DNA of 64,000 bases from Candidatus Woesearchaeota archaeon (GCA_964482075.1 CAYZVU010000001.1:343-64342), one strand, 5' to 3'; counted from the stretch's first letter, positions 37,931-48,212 are shown. Notes: generated from the letters alone by a model not told the origin. Made by a program: numbers and translations.

Positions 37931-39469
37931 ATGAAATATCTTCAAGGAATTGAACCACGAGAATATCAGCAAAAGATTTTTGAAACTTGTGTTGAGAAAA
38001 ATTGCTTAGTTGTTTTGCCAACTGGCTTAGGGAAAACTCTTATTGCATTGATGTTAACTATCGAGCGGATGATGAAATTTCCTGGGCAGAAAGTTGTAAT
38101 TCTTGCCCCGACAAAACCCCTTGCTGAACAGCATTTAAATTCTTTTAAAAAATATCTCCCTGAATTATTTGGAGAACTGCAATTATTTACTGGGGCTGTG
38201 ACTGCTGAGAATAGGAAGAAAATTTGGAGAACTGCAGATATTATCTTTTCAACTCCGCAATGTGTTGCAAATGATATTAAGAAAAATCTTTATGATTTAT
38301 CAGAAGTTTGTTTGCTTGTTGAAGATGAGGCTCATCGTTGTGTTAAAAATTATGATTATAATTTTCTTGCGAAGAGATATTTGTATCAGGCAGAAAATCC
38401 TAGAATTATTGGGCTGACTGCTTCGCCAGGAAGTGATGCTGGGAAGATTAAAACTATTTGTAGGAATTTGTCTGTGAACGCTGTTGAGTTGAGGACGCGG
38501 GAAAGTGAAGATGTTAAGAAATATTTGCAGGAGAGAGAATATGAGAAGGTTATGGTTGATTTTCCTCCAGAGTTTGAAGAAATGAGACATGTTCTTTTGA
38601 AATTATTTAATAAATATGTGGAAGAATTAAAATATAGGAAGGTTCTTTTTGGCCCTGTTTCAAAAATTGCTTTGATTAAACTTCAACAGAGAATCATGGG
38701 AACTTTGGCGAAGGGATTGAAGAATTGGAATTATATGCTTGGCGCTTCAGCTTGTGCACAGGCGATTAAAATCCAGCATGCCTTGGAATTATTAGAGACT
38801 CAGACTTTAGAAAGTTTTCATGTTTATTTGAAAAAACTTTTTGACGAGGCTGCAAAGAAAAAAAGCAAAGGGGTTGTAAAATTAGTTGCAAAGCCGGAAT
38901 TTAATTATGTTTTTATGACTTCAAATGAATTGCTTTCTAAAAAACGGGAACATCCGAAGATTCAGAAATTGATGGAAATTGTAGAAAGAGAAAGAAAAAA
39001 CAATAGTAAGATGAAAATAATATTATTCACACAATTTAGAGACAGCGCGGTTGTTATTAATAAAAATTTAAATGAGTTGGAAGGAATTAAAGCTAAAATT
39101 TTTGTTGGGCAGGCGAAGAAGAAAGGATTGGGGATGAATCAAAAAGAGCAGAAGAAAATTATTGAAGAATTTTCTGCAGGAGATTTTAATGTTTTGTGTG
39201 CGACTTGTATTGCTGAAGAGGGATTAGATATTCCTGAAGTTAATGCTGTGATTTTTTATGAACCTGTTGCGTCTGCTATTCGAACCATTCAGAGGGCAGG
39301 AAGAACTGCGCGTTTGATGAAGGGCAAGATGATTATGCTGATAACAAAAAAAACTAGGGATGAAGTTTATTTTTATGTTTCAAGGGCTCGAGAGAAAGGA
39401 ATGAGCAAGGCGATTGAGAGTGTTAGAGATGGTTTAGGGGAAAAAAGTGAGAGGCAGAAAGTTTTATAA
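37931..39469 (+). CDS. hef: Hef/FANCM-like SF2 helicase (no ERCC4 nuclease domain)
   Basis: PREYQ, LPTGLGKT, DEAH, GLTASPG, EEGLDIP, QRAGRT. Confidence 0.92.
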   Translation: MKYLQGIEPREYQQKIFETCVEKNCLVVLPTGLGKTLIALMLTIERMMKFPGQKVVILAPTKPLAEQHLNSFKKYLPELFGELQLFTGAVTAENRKKIWRTADIIFSTPQCVANDIKKNLYDLSEVCLLVEDEAHRCVKNYDYNFLAKRYLYQAENPRIIGLTASPGSDAGKIKTICRNLSVNAVELRTRESEDVKKYLQEREYEKVMVDFPPEFEEMRHVLLKLFNKYVEELKYRKVLFGPVSKIALIKLQQRIMGTLAKGLKNWNYMLGASACAQAIKIQHALELLETQTLESFHVYLKKLFDEAAKKKSKGVVKLVAKPEFNYVFMTSNELLSKKREHPKIQKLMEIVERERKNNSKMKIILFTQFRDSAVVINKNLNELEGIKAKIFVGQAKKKGLGMNQKEQKKIIEEFSAGDFNVLCATCIAEEGLDIPEVNAVIFYEPVASAIRTIQRAGRTARLMKGKMIMLITKKTRDEVYFYVSRAREKGMSKAIESVRDGLGEKSERQKVL

Positions 39470-39490
39470 ACAGAAAATTGTCTCTATTTC

Positions 39491-39604
39491 TGAAACGGCC
39501 ATAGTAAGTTGGTAATACCTGTTCCCTTTCCGAACACAGAAGTCAAGCATCTTACGCGGTTTGTGTTAGTGCCCGGCAAGGTGTCAAGCATCCGTGCTGT
39601 TTCG
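39491..39604 (+). rRNA. rrf: 5S rRNA (stand-alone)
   Basis: CGGCCATAG, CCTGTTCCCTTTCCGAACACAGAAGTCAAG conserved core; helix I GAAACGGC/GCTGTTTC; followed by a T-run. Confidence 0.92.
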
Positions 39605-39652
39605 TTTTTATTTTTTCGAGCAATTTTTATACTATTAATCATTCTTTATTTT

Positions 39653-39916
39653 ATGAAAATTAAGGAATCTAGAACAGAAGTTGAAAAAGAAGTTAATGAA
39701 TTTTTTGAAAATATTCAAAATAAAACTCCCAAGGAAATTAAGAAAATTAAAAGACGCGCCATGGGAAAGAATATTGCCTTGAAAGATAGAAAAAAATTAT
39801 TCTGTGGAAAATGCTTAAATCCATATTCGGGTAAGGAAAAAGTTCGAATTAAAGATGGGATTAAATCTATAACTTGTAATAATTGTGAAAAAATTTCTAG
39901 ATGGAAAATTAAATAA
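39653..39916 (+). CDS. rnp4: Ribonuclease P protein Rpp21-like (start moved)
   Basis: AM..NI.L...KKLFCGKC...VRI..G...ITCNNC..ISR zinc ribbon. Confidence 0.8.
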   Translation: MKIKESRTEVEKEVNEFFENIQNKTPKEIKKIKRRAMGKNIALKDRKKLFCGKCLNPYSGKEKVRIKDGIKSITCNNCEKISRWKIK

Positions 39917-39938
39917 AGTAGAGTAAACTAAATAAATT

Positions 39939-40151
39939 ATGGCTTATGAATTGTCTGATAAAAGGAAAAATGAAATAAGAGACCGTATGGCTTTAGCGAG
40001 AAAAGTTATTACAGAAGACCCTAATAAATTGATAAGCATGATTGAGGATGTGAAATATGCTGCGAAAATGTCTTTAAGAAAATTAGCAACTGGACAAAGG
40101 GAAGAGATATATAATTTAAGACTCCAAAAATATTCTCTTGGTTCTTGTTAA
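39939..40151 (+). CDS. Hypothetical protein
   Basis: 70-aa ATG ORF; no motif. Confidence 0.45.
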   Translation: MAYELSDKRKNEIRDRMALARKVITEDPNKLISMIEDVKYAAKMSLRKLATGQREEIYNLRLQKYSLGSC

Positions 40152-40208
40152 AATTATTGTGATTATGATTTCTTAAAATCTTTTAAAAATTTAAATGTGG
40201 AAAATTAA

Positions 40209-40436
40209 TTAACATACCTTTTTCGGTTCTGTAGTCCATAAACTTTTGCGTTTCATTAAAGATAATTCTACTTCTGAAAATTCCTTCTTAATTCCCAATC
40301 TTTGAATTAGTGAAGGACCATCATCAGATTTTTGCCTGGCCTCAACATCATTTTTTGCATAGAATCCTACAGACCTCTGTTTCCCATTTATAGAATAAAT
40401 TGCACGATAATTATTTTGGGGTGGACCTAAAGACAT
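40209..40436 (-). CDS. Hypothetical protein
   Basis: 75-aa ATG ORF with upstream TATA-like box. Confidence 0.5.
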   Translation of the reverse strand: MSLGPPQNNYRAIYSINGKQRSVGFYAKNDVEARQKSDDGPSLIQRLGIKKEFSEVELSLMKRKSLWTTEPKKVC

Positions 40437-40476
40437 AATAAAATAAAAGATAGTTTATTTATAAGAATTATTGTGA

Positions 40477-40674
40477 TTAACTTTTCTTAAACTTTCCAAC
40501 TAACTCAATTAAATCTGTTTGTCCAAGAAACATTGATCTGCAACAGTATCTTTCTAAGCCAAGCTCATCAAGAACCTTTTTCGCGTTTTCGCCTTCTGAG
40601 ACTCGCTTTTTGAATTGTTCCCAAAGCTGAGCAATTGGCTTTCCGCATGAAAAACATCTAACTGGAATTATCAT
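40477..40674 (-). CDS. rpoN: RNA polymerase subunit N (Rpo10)
   Basis: MIIPVRCFSCGK, LGLERYCCR. Confidence 0.98.
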   Translation of the reverse strand: MIIPVRCFSCGKPIAQLWEQFKKRVSEGENAKKVLDELGLERYCCRSMFLGQTDLIELVGKFKKS

Positions 40675-40748
40675 ATAATTAATGCTGAAATTTAGTTTAT
40701 AAAACTTACGACAGATATATTTAAATAGAAAAACAGAGAATATACTCT

Positions 40749-41525
40749 ATGGCAGAAAAAAGGTCTACGGTGATTCAATTAAAGGATGTTTTTAAATATT
40801 ATAAAATGGGGGATGTGACTGTTAAGGCAGTTGATGGAGTTAATATTTCAATTAAGAAAGGTGAGTTTGTTGCGATTATGGGGCCTTCTGGTTCTGGGAA
40901 ATCTACTAGCATGAATCTTGTTGGAAGCTTGGATGTTCCAACAAAAGGGAAGATTTTCTTAGGTGGAGAAGATATTTCAAAATTAGAAGAATCTGACTTA
41001 GCTCAAATTCGTGGAAAGAAAATTGGATTTATTTTTCAGTCATTTAATTTAATTCCTAACTTAACTGTTAAAGAAAATATTATGTTGCCGATGATGTTTC
41101 AAGGTGTTGAAAAAGAAGAGAGGTCAGAAATTGCTGAGAAATTATTAGATAAGGTGGATTTAGGAGATAGAGGAGACCATTATCCTAATCAGATTTCTGG
41201 GGGACAAATGCAAAGAGTTGCGATTGCGCGTGCTTTATCAAATGACCCGGAAGTTATTTTGGCTGATGAACCAACAGGAAATTTAGATACAAAAACTGGA
41301 GAAAAAGTTATGGATTTTTTGAAGCAGTTGAATAAAGAAGGAAAGACAATAATTATGGTTACTCACGAGCCTGAATTAGCTGAGGCTTATGCTGAAAAAG
41401 TTTATTGGCTGAAAGATGGGAAGGTTGCAAAAATAACTCATAAAAAAAATGGTTTTAAAGTCGTGCATACAGAAAGAAGTTTGTATGGAAAGAAAAGTTC
41501 TAAAGGTAAAAAGAGGAAGAGGTAG
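40749..41525 (+). CDS. ABC transporter ATPase (LolD/MacB-like)
   Basis: [28 protein letters not shown]. Confidence 0.95.
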   Translation: MAEKRSTVIQLKDVFKYYKMGDVTVKAVDGVNISIKKGEFVAIMGPSGSGKSTSMNLVGSLDVPTKGKIFLGGEDISKLEESDLAQIRGKKIGFIFQSFNLIPNLTVKENIMLPMMFQGVEKEERSEIAEKLLDKVDLGDRGDHYPNQISGGQMQRVAIARALSNDPEVILADEPTGNLDTKTGEKVMDFLKQLNKEGKTIIMVTHEPELAEAYAEKVYWLKDGKVAKITHKKNGFKVVHTERSLYGKKSSKGKKRKR

Positions 41526-42743
41526 ATGATCCAAGATTATTTTGCATTATCCTTGAAAAACTTAAAACATAGAGGTATTCGTTCGTGGCTAACTCTTCTT
41601 GGAATCTTTATTGGAATTCTCGCTGTGGTGTCCTTAATTAGTTTGGGAAGTGGATTGAAGCTTGGTGTGATGTCTCAGTTTGGAGTTAGCTCTACAGATA
41701 TAATTACTGTTCAAGCAGGAGGGTTGAATAATTATGGGCCTCCAGGTTCTGGTGTAGTAAATGCTCTAACTGAGGAAGATGCTGAAGCAATTGAAAAGTT
41801 AAGTTTAGTTGAAAAAGCAATTCCAAGGTACCTCCCTTCTGGAAAATTAGAATTTAATGATAAAGTTAATTTTGGTTATGCTATGTCTGTTCCAGATAAT
41901 CCAAATAGGAAATTAACTTATGATATATTAGAGTTAGAGGCAGAATATGGGAGATTGCTTAAGGATGGAGATATGAATAAAGTTCTTTTGGGAAATAATT
42001 TTTATGCAGACAAAGCTGGTTTTGATAAAAAAATTGTTCCGGGAAATACAATTATTTTGCAGGATAGAAAATTTCAAGTTGTTGGAATTGCAAAAAGGAA
42101 AGGAAGTTTTGTTTTTGATAATGTTGTTTATGTAAATGAAGATGTTTTAAAAGATTTAATGAATATTGGGGATGAAGTAGATATTATTGCTGTTAGAGTT
42201 AAGGATAAAGATTCCATAGGAAAAGCTAAGGAGGATATTGAAAAACTTTTGAGGAAGATAAGGAGTGTTAAGGAAGGGGAAGAGGATTTTGAGGTTTCAA
42301 CTCCAGATTCTTCCTTGAAAACGGTTAATAGTATTCTTGGGGGGGTTCAGGCGTTTATTATTGTGATTGCAAGTATGTCTATTTTGGTTGGATCATTGGG
42401 AATTGTAAATACTATGACAACTTCTGTTTTAGAAAGAAAAAAACAAATTGGAATTATGAAAGCAATTGGTGCACGGAATAAAGATATTTTTTATAACTTT
42501 TTTATTGAGGCTGGTTTGATGGGATTGATTGGAGGAATTTTTGGAGTTGTGTTTGGAGTTATTATTGGTTATATTGGAACTGTTGGAATTAATAATTTTA
42601 TTGGAGCTTCTGTAAAACCTGAAATTGATTTTATTTTTATAATTCTTGTTTTAATTGGAAGTTTTTTAATTGGGTCTGTTGCAGGAATTACTCCTGCTAT
42701 GAATGCGGCTAAACAAAATCCCGTGGAGGCCTTGAGAGGATGA
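41526..42743 (+). CDS. ABC transporter permease (MacB/FtsX family)
   Basis: RSWLTLLGIFIG, SVLERKKQIGIMKAIGA, PVEALR. Confidence 0.93.
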   Translation: MIQDYFALSLKNLKHRGIRSWLTLLGIFIGILAVVSLISLGSGLKLGVMSQFGVSSTDIITVQAGGLNNYGPPGSGVVNALTEEDAEAIEKLSLVEKAIPRYLPSGKLEFNDKVNFGYAMSVPDNPNRKLTYDILELEAEYGRLLKDGDMNKVLLGNNFYADKAGFDKKIVPGNTIILQDRKFQVVGIAKRKGSFVFDNVVYVNEDVLKDLMNIGDEVDIIAVRVKDKDSIGKAKEDIEKLLRKIRSVKEGEEDFEVSTPDSSLKTVNSILGGVQAFIIVIASMSILVGSLGIVNTMTTSVLERKKQIGIMKAIGARNKDIFYNFFIEAGLMGLIGGIFGVVFGVIIGYIGTVGINNFIGASVKPEIDFIFIILVLIGSFLIGSVAGITPAMNAAKQNPVEALRG

Positions 42744-43690
42744 AAATAAGAGATGAAAAAATAATTGAGAAAGTGATCAAATCAGTCTTTGCAAATTCTA
42801 CTCTTGAAAAGCATGAAAGGTTTTCTACTGGGCTAGTAAGCCCTACCTTTAAGGTGTTTATTAAAAACCCAACTAAAGTGATTGTTACAAAATTTACTAA
42901 ATTAAAAAGAGAAAAAATTTCTCGCAAAAATAATAAGATATTGAATTACCTAAATGAGAAATCAATTTCTGTGCCGAAAGTTTTTTTTGAAGGCGTTAGA
43001 AATAAAAAATTTATTACTCTTATGGAATTTCTTCCAGGAGATGTTGGAAGTGAAATTTATAGAAACTCTAAGAATAATTTAAAGAAAAAGATTTTAGTTA
43101 ATTTTGGAAGAATTTTGAAAAATATTCATAATCTCAAAATACCCTCTTTTTGGTCACACCAAAAACATGAGATAAAAAATAAAAAAGAATGGAAAGCTTG
43201 GACAAAACTAAGAATTGATAAATATCTTAAATTTTTTAAAAGAAAATTAACTAATTATAAACTATTGGAAGAAGAGCTAAATGTTTTCTGGGATATCTTG
43301 AAAGAAGAAAAAATTGACCTTGTTCCCTTACATTGGGATTTCCATCTCCATAACGTTAATGTTAATTCTAAGGGGGATATTGTTGGAGTTTTTGATTTTG
43401 ATAATGCGATGAAGGGACATAGCCTTTCAGATATTGGGCAGGCTTTCTATTGGATGATTTTTGAGATGGATGATCCCAAAAGTTTTGGAAATTTCTTAAA
43501 AGGATATAAAAATAATTTTTCCAAAAAAGAATTGAAACTTATTCAGGGGTATTTCTTATTACATCTCTTGGCTGTATCTAGAAGTATTTGGTTTAGAAAA
43601 AATAGTTTGGAGTGGATTATTGAGAAACATAAAAATATCTTAGATGATTTTTTTAGGGGCAAAATAAATTTGGAGAAAATATCAAAATGA
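42740..43690 (+). CDS. Aminoglycoside phosphotransferase (APH/ChoK) family kinase
   Basis: LHWDFHLHNV Brenner motif, GVFDFD. Confidence 0.88.
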   Translation: MKIRDEKIIEKVIKSVFANSTLEKHERFSTGLVSPTFKVFIKNPTKVIVTKFTKLKREKISRKNNKILNYLNEKSISVPKVFFEGVRNKKFITLMEFLPGDVGSEIYRNSKNNLKKKILVNFGRILKNIHNLKIPSFWSHQKHEIKNKKEWKAWTKLRIDKYLKFFKRKLTNYKLLEEELNVFWDILKEEKIDLVPLHWDFHLHNVNVNSKGDIVGVFDFDNAMKGHSLSDIGQAFYWMIFEMDDPKSFGNFLKGYKNNFSKKELKLIQGYFLLHLLAVSRSIWFRKNSLEWIIEKHKNILDDFFRGKINLEKISK

Positions 43691-44070
43691 AACTTTATCA
43701 TGGCTCCACAAAAAAATTGAAAGTGCTAAAGCCTACCCTAGCCAAAGGAATTAATAAATTTGAAAATCAGAAAGCTATTTTTTTATGTAAAACTTTTAAT
43801 CATGCTGCGCTCTATGCAATTGGAAAAAATTTAAAGAATAAAAATTCTTTTTTAATTAAACCAAATAAATTAATAATTGCTGGAAAACCAAAATTATCTT
43901 CAGGCTATGTTTATGAAGTTAATGTTTCTGCAAAAAAAGGACCAAGAGAACAATATTCTTTTGATAAAGAAATTAAAGATTTTAAAATTAAAAAAGTCTC
44001 TTGGAAAGATTATTTTAGTAAAATTCTTTTTGTAAAAACAAAGGAGGAATTATTAAAACATTTAAAATGA
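43687..44070 (+). CDS. Hypothetical protein, possible ADP-ribosyltransferase fold
   Basis: LYHGS..L..LKP, AIFL...A..YA and GYVYEV pattern reminiscent of Arr-type ARTs. Confidence 0.5.
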   Translation: MKLYHGSTKKLKVLKPTLAKGINKFENQKAIFLCKTFNHAALYAIGKNLKNKNSFLIKPNKLIIAGKPKLSSGYVYEVNVSAKKGPREQYSFDKEIKDFKIKKVSWKDYFSKILFVKTKEELLKHLK

Positions 44071-45278
44071 TAATCTCAGAAGAAAACATAAAATATTCGT
44101 TGAAGAATTTGTATCAACGAAAGTCTAGAAGTTTGCTAACGATTGTTTCAATCTTCGTCGGAATAATGACTATTTTTGTTTTTATTAGCTTCGGACTTGG
44201 GCTCTATAGTTATGTTGGAGAATTTACAACAGGTTCGTCTGCAGATAAAGTAATTATTCAGCCAAGAGGGTCTGGTATGCCAGGATTAGATAATACATTT
44301 GCTTTGACTGACGATGATTTAGATGCTATTTCAAAAACGTCTGGAGTTTATGAAGCAAGTGGTGTGGTTTTCAAGGTTGTTGAAGTTGAAAAAAGTGGGG
44401 CTAAAAAATATACTTTTATGATGGGTTATGATCCGAAGACGCCGTTAATTATGGAATTTTTTGATATGGATATGGATAAGGGAAGATGGTTAAAATCAGG
44501 TGAAAAAAATAAAGCTATTTTTGGTTATAATTATCAAATTGATGATAGGATTTTTTCAAGAGGTTATGATTTAAATGATAATTTAAAAGTTGATGGTGGG
44601 AAAATAAAAGCTGTTGGGTTTTTTGAATCTGTTGGGAGCCCGCCAGATGATGCACAGATTTATGTTACAAATGATTTTATTGAGGAATTGTATCCCAATG
44701 AAACCATTTCTTATGGTTGGATTATTGCAAGAGTTGACCCCTCAAATATAGATAATGTTGTTGAAAATATTGAAAAAAATTTAAGAAAAGAAAGAGATTT
44801 AGAAAAAGGAAAAGAAGATTTCTATGTTCAATCATTTCAAGATATGATGGAAACTTATGCAAATGTTTTAAATGGTATTGTTGGCTTTATTATTTTAATT
44901 GCTTTGATTTCTGTTTTTGTTTCTGCTATTAATACTGCCAATACTATGATTACCTCTGTGTTGGAAAGATATAAAGAAATTGGGATTATCAAATCTATTG
45001 GGGCTAGAAACTCTGAGATTTTTAAAATCTTTTTATTTGAATCTGGATTTTTAGGATTTGTTGCAGGGGTTGTTGGTGTTTGGTTTGGGTTTTCATTTAG
45101 TTTTATTGGAGGAAAATTATTAACTAATTTAGGCTGGGGATTTTTAAGTCCAAGTTATCCTGCTTCACTTTTTATTGGATGTATTTTATTTGCAACAATA
45201 ACTGGTGCAATTTCTGGAGTTATTCCTGCTATGAAAGCTTCGAAGATTAATCCTGTAGATGCCTTACGTTACGAATAA
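44067..45278 (+). CDS. ABC transporter permease (MacB/FtsX family)
   Basis: RSLLTIVSIFVG, SVLERYKEIGIIKSIGA, NPVDALRYE. Confidence 0.93.
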   Translation: MIISEENIKYSLKNLYQRKSRSLLTIVSIFVGIMTIFVFISFGLGLYSYVGEFTTGSSADKVIIQPRGSGMPGLDNTFALTDDDLDAISKTSGVYEASGVVFKVVEVEKSGAKKYTFMMGYDPKTPLIMEFFDMDMDKGRWLKSGEKNKAIFGYNYQIDDRIFSRGYDLNDNLKVDGGKIKAVGFFESVGSPPDDAQIYVTNDFIEELYPNETISYGWIIARVDPSNIDNVVENIEKNLRKERDLEKGKEDFYVQSFQDMMETYANVLNGIVGFIILIALISVFVSAINTANTMITSVLERYKEIGIIKSIGARNSEIFKIFLFESGFLGFVAGVVGVWFGFSFSFIGGKLLTNLGWGFLSPSYPASLFIGCILFATITGAISGVIPAMKASKINPVDALRYE

Positions 45279-45432
45279 ATTTTAGAGGATTTATTATATT
45301 CTTAGAAGGTTGAAGATAAAAAACTAAAATTATCTACTTAATTAATGAGAAAACTCCGCGGTTTTATCAAAGATAAATCCAAATAATTAGCTTCACCGAA
45401 AATATTTTAAACAACTATTCCCCTAATTCTTT

Positions 45433-45651
45433 ATGAAAAATCAAATATTAGATTCAATAAAAAAATATTTTTTTAGATTCATAAAAAAAATGAAATGGTG
45501 GATTGTCTTTGGATTTTTATTTTTTGGATTAACTGGTTTAAGTAGTTCCGAAGGAGATTTTATAATTTTTCTTTATACTTTCTTGCCTTATATTTTAGGT
45601 TTTTCTGTTGCTTTAATAATTATTTATTATTTTAAATATGGAGAAAAATAA
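45433..45651 (+). CDS. Hypothetical small membrane protein
   Basis: Two TM segments; TATA-like box upstream. Confidence 0.5.
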   Translation: MKNQILDSIKKYFFRFIKKMKWWIVFGFLFFGLTGLSSSEGDFIIFLYTFLPYILGFSVALIIIYYFKYGEK

Positions 45652-45660
45652 AAATTAACG

Positions 45661-45993
45661 ATGGTAAGCGAATGGATAATTGAAGCAAGAGAAAATTGGG
45701 CTTATCAAAAACTTAAACAAAAATTTAAGGATGAAGAGATTTTAAAATTTAATATAACCATCACAAACCAACATTTTTCTTATTTAATAAAGAAAGATGA
45801 TTTGAAATTTTCTGGAAAAACAATTATATTCCCAAGTGATTTTTATATGTTTTTTTGGTTTATAAAAAATCTTTTCGAAAAAGATGAAGAAGTCAAATTT
45901 AAAAGATATGAGGCGGATAGAATGGACATGATATTTGTAGGCCCAGGAGTTCCGGGACAAGAAAGCTTTGTATATAACCTTAAAATTAAATAA
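45661..45993 (+). CDS. Hypothetical protein
   Basis: 110-aa ATG ORF. Confidence 0.55.
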   Translation: MVSEWIIEARENWAYQKLKQKFKDEEILKFNITITNQHFSYLIKKDDLKFSGKTIIFPSDFYMFFWFIKNLFEKDEEVKFKRYEADRMDMIFVGPGVPGQESFVYNLKIK

Positions 45994-46030
45994 AAACAAA
46001 CTTCTTTTTTAAAAAAAAGAAACAAAAAAA

Positions 46031-46897
46031 TCACTTATGCAAACTTTTATGTTTTGCCTTTTTCTTTTTTTGTCTTCTATAAATCCAATAAATAAATCCA
46101 GCAATTACTATTAAAATTAAAATATATGTTGAAGTTGATAATCCTTTACTTTCCCCATTTCTCCCTTCAAACATTTCTGGATTAAAGTAAACTTTTTCCG
46201 TAGTAGTTCGTCGTGTGTTGATTTCGTCGCTGTAATAAATTGTTAATTCAATTTCCCCTTCTTCTGGACTTGCCTCAAACTCTGCGGTTGTGTAATCATT
46301 TGAATCTAAATCCCCTACAATATTAATACTTGAACCCTTTACATTAATATTTTCTTGTTCAGGAATTTCAATTGTTAAAGCCTCTACATCGCTTTCCCCA
46401 ATGTTTAAAATTTCTAATGTTAAAATTTTTGTAGAGGGTTGATAATCTTTAATATAAACTTCGAAATCAACTCTAACATCTTCTACATGTAAATTAAATT
46501 GCTTTGAAAGTGTTGATTGGGTTATTAATCCTGAGGAATATAAAACCTCAAGAGGGTTATCTCCTTCAAGAGCATCTGGGTCTACCCTCACTTTGAAGGG
46601 CACCATTAAAGAAGAACTATAATCCTTTGTAAATGTCCCTGCTTTTATTTCTACTCTTGACTCCACATTTGGGTCAAAAGAAATTGGGTATTTTGGGACA
46701 AGCTCAAACACAACATTTTGACAATCTGCATTTTCTACACCTGTTATTTGAAAAACTAATTTTACATAATCCCCTGGGACAGCAGGATATGGGTCTTGAT
46801 TTAATAGAGAAACCTCTAAATTACAAGGAGAACTAGCACTTACAAGTGTAATTAATAATAAAGCGCATGCAAATAACATCAATCCTCTTTTTAACAT
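46031..46897 (-). CDS. S-layer-domain (COG1361-like) exported protein with C-terminal TM
   Basis: Signal peptide, QDPYPAVPGDYV, NIG..D, GDL; TM plus basic tail. Confidence 0.8.
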   Translation of the reverse strand: MLKRGLMLFACALLLITLVSASSPCNLEVSLLNQDPYPAVPGDYVKLVFQITGVENADCQNVVFELVPKYPISFDPNVESRVEIKAGTFTKDYSSSLMVPFKVRVDPDALEGDNPLEVLYSSGLITQSTLSKQFNLHVEDVRVDFEVYIKDYQPSTKILTLEILNIGESDVEALTIEIPEQENINVKGSSINIVGDLDSNDYTTAEFEASPEEGEIELTIYYSDEINTRRTTTEKVYFNPEMFEGRNGESKGLSTSTYILILIVIAGFIYWIYRRQKKKKAKHKSLHK

Positions 46898-47031
46898 ATA
46901 TCCTATATTAGATTACTATTTATAAATCTTATGAAAAATCTAAATAAAAACCTTTAAATACCTTCAATATTTCAATTTTTTACCTGCGAGTTCACGCGTA
47001 AGCAGAAGATATTTTCTTCTGTAAATTTAAA

Positions 47032-47400
47032 ATGAAAAGTAAAACTAAAATTTCAAACCAAGCGAAAAGAAAATTTAATCCAGAATTAGTTGAAACTATT
47101 AAATTGTGTAAGAAAAAAGAAAATTCTTTAAAAATTGCTTCAATACTTTCTCAACCCAGAAGACAAAGAGTTAATTTAAATCTTAGAGAAATTAATGAGA
47201 AATCAAAAGAAGGGGAAAAAGTTCTCATCCCAGGAAAAGTTTTATCTCAAGGAGAATTAGATAAAAAAATTAAGATTGTTGCATTTAATTTTTCAGAAAA
47301 AGCAAGAGAAAAACTATTAAATTCAAAATGTGATATAAAAACGATTTTAGAAGAAATTAAATCAAATCCTGAAATGAAGGATATAAAAATAATCAGATGA
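47032..47400 (+). CDS. rpl18e: 50S ribosomal protein L18e
   Basis: VNLNL.EIN, IPGKVLSQG, AFNFSEKA. Confidence 0.94.
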   Translation: MKSKTKISNQAKRKFNPELVETIKLCKKKENSLKIASILSQPRRQRVNLNLREINEKSKEGEKVLIPGKVLSQGELDKKIKIVAFNFSEKAREKLLNSKCDIKTILEEIKSNPEMKDIKIIR

Positions 47401-47789
47401 AAATTATAGACGGAACAAATGCGGTATTGGGAAGATTGGCTAGTTATGTTGCCAAAGAAACTCTAAAGGGTGAAGAAGTTGTTATTTTAAATTGTGATAA
47501 AGTAATTATTACTGGAAATCAAAAAACAACTGAAAGAGAATTTTTGGAAAAAAGAAGTAGATTTGGACATAGTCAAAAAGGGCCAAAACATATTAAGACT
47601 TCGGAGAGAATTGTAAAAAGAGCTATTAGGGGAATGTTGCCAAATCATAGGTTTGGGAGAGGAAGAGAGGCTTGGAAAAGAGTTATGTGCCACAATAAAG
47701 TCCCAAAAGAATTTGAAGATAAAAAAATGATCAAGGCTGGAAAGCCAAAAACATGTAAATATTCTGAGGTAAAACACTTTTCAAAATAA
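47397..47789 (+). CDS. rpl13: 50S ribosomal protein L13
   Basis: IIDG.NAVLGRLAS, KRAIRGMLP. Confidence 0.96.
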   Translation: MKIIDGTNAVLGRLASYVAKETLKGEEVVILNCDKVIITGNQKTTEREFLEKRSRFGHSQKGPKHIKTSERIVKRAIRGMLPNHRFGRGREAWKRVMCHNKVPKEFEDKKMIKAGKPKTCKYSEVKHFSK

Positions 47790-47790
47790 A

Positions 47791-48210
47791 ATGGCAATTG
47801 AAACAAAATATAAAAAAATTATAACTTCAGGTAAGAGAAAGCGAGCAGTTGCAAGAGCTGTAATTATTGGGGGAACTGGTAAAGTTAAGATTCATAATAA
47901 AGATTATAATCACTTACAAATGTTTGATAAACTTAAAATTCAAGAACCACTTAAAATCGCAGAACATGTCTTGGGGAAAATTGATTTTAATGTTGATATT
48001 ACTGTAAAGGGCGGTGGAGAAAAAGGCCAAATTGATGCTGCAAGAACTGCTTTAGCAAGAGCAATTGTTGAATTTTCAAAATCTCAAGAACTTGAAAAAT
48101 CTTTTTTAGAATATGATAGAAATCTTTTAATCGCAGATGTTCGAAGGAAAGAAGCTTACAAGCCAGGAGATTCTAAGGCGAGAGCGAAGAGACAAAGTTC
48201 TAAGAGATAG
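47791..48210 (+). CDS. rps9: 30S ribosomal protein S9
   Basis: SGKRKRAVARA, VKGGG..GQ..A, YDRNLL.AD.RRKE. Confidence 0.96.
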   Translation: MAIETKYKKIITSGKRKRAVARAVIIGGTGKVKIHNKDYNHLQMFDKLKIQEPLKIAEHVLGKIDFNVDITVKGGGEKGQIDAARTALARAIVEFSKSQELEKSFLEYDRNLLIADVRRKEAYKPGDSKARAKRQSSKR

Positions 48211-48212
48211 TT

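Noticed and set aside
39509..39652. N-terminal extension of the 39509..39916 ORF
   Set aside because: It overlaps the 5S rRNA; the real start is the ATG at 39653.
45279..45400. Possible gene remnant after the second permease
   Set aside because: Short open stretch without a start codon or recognisable similarity; insufficient support.
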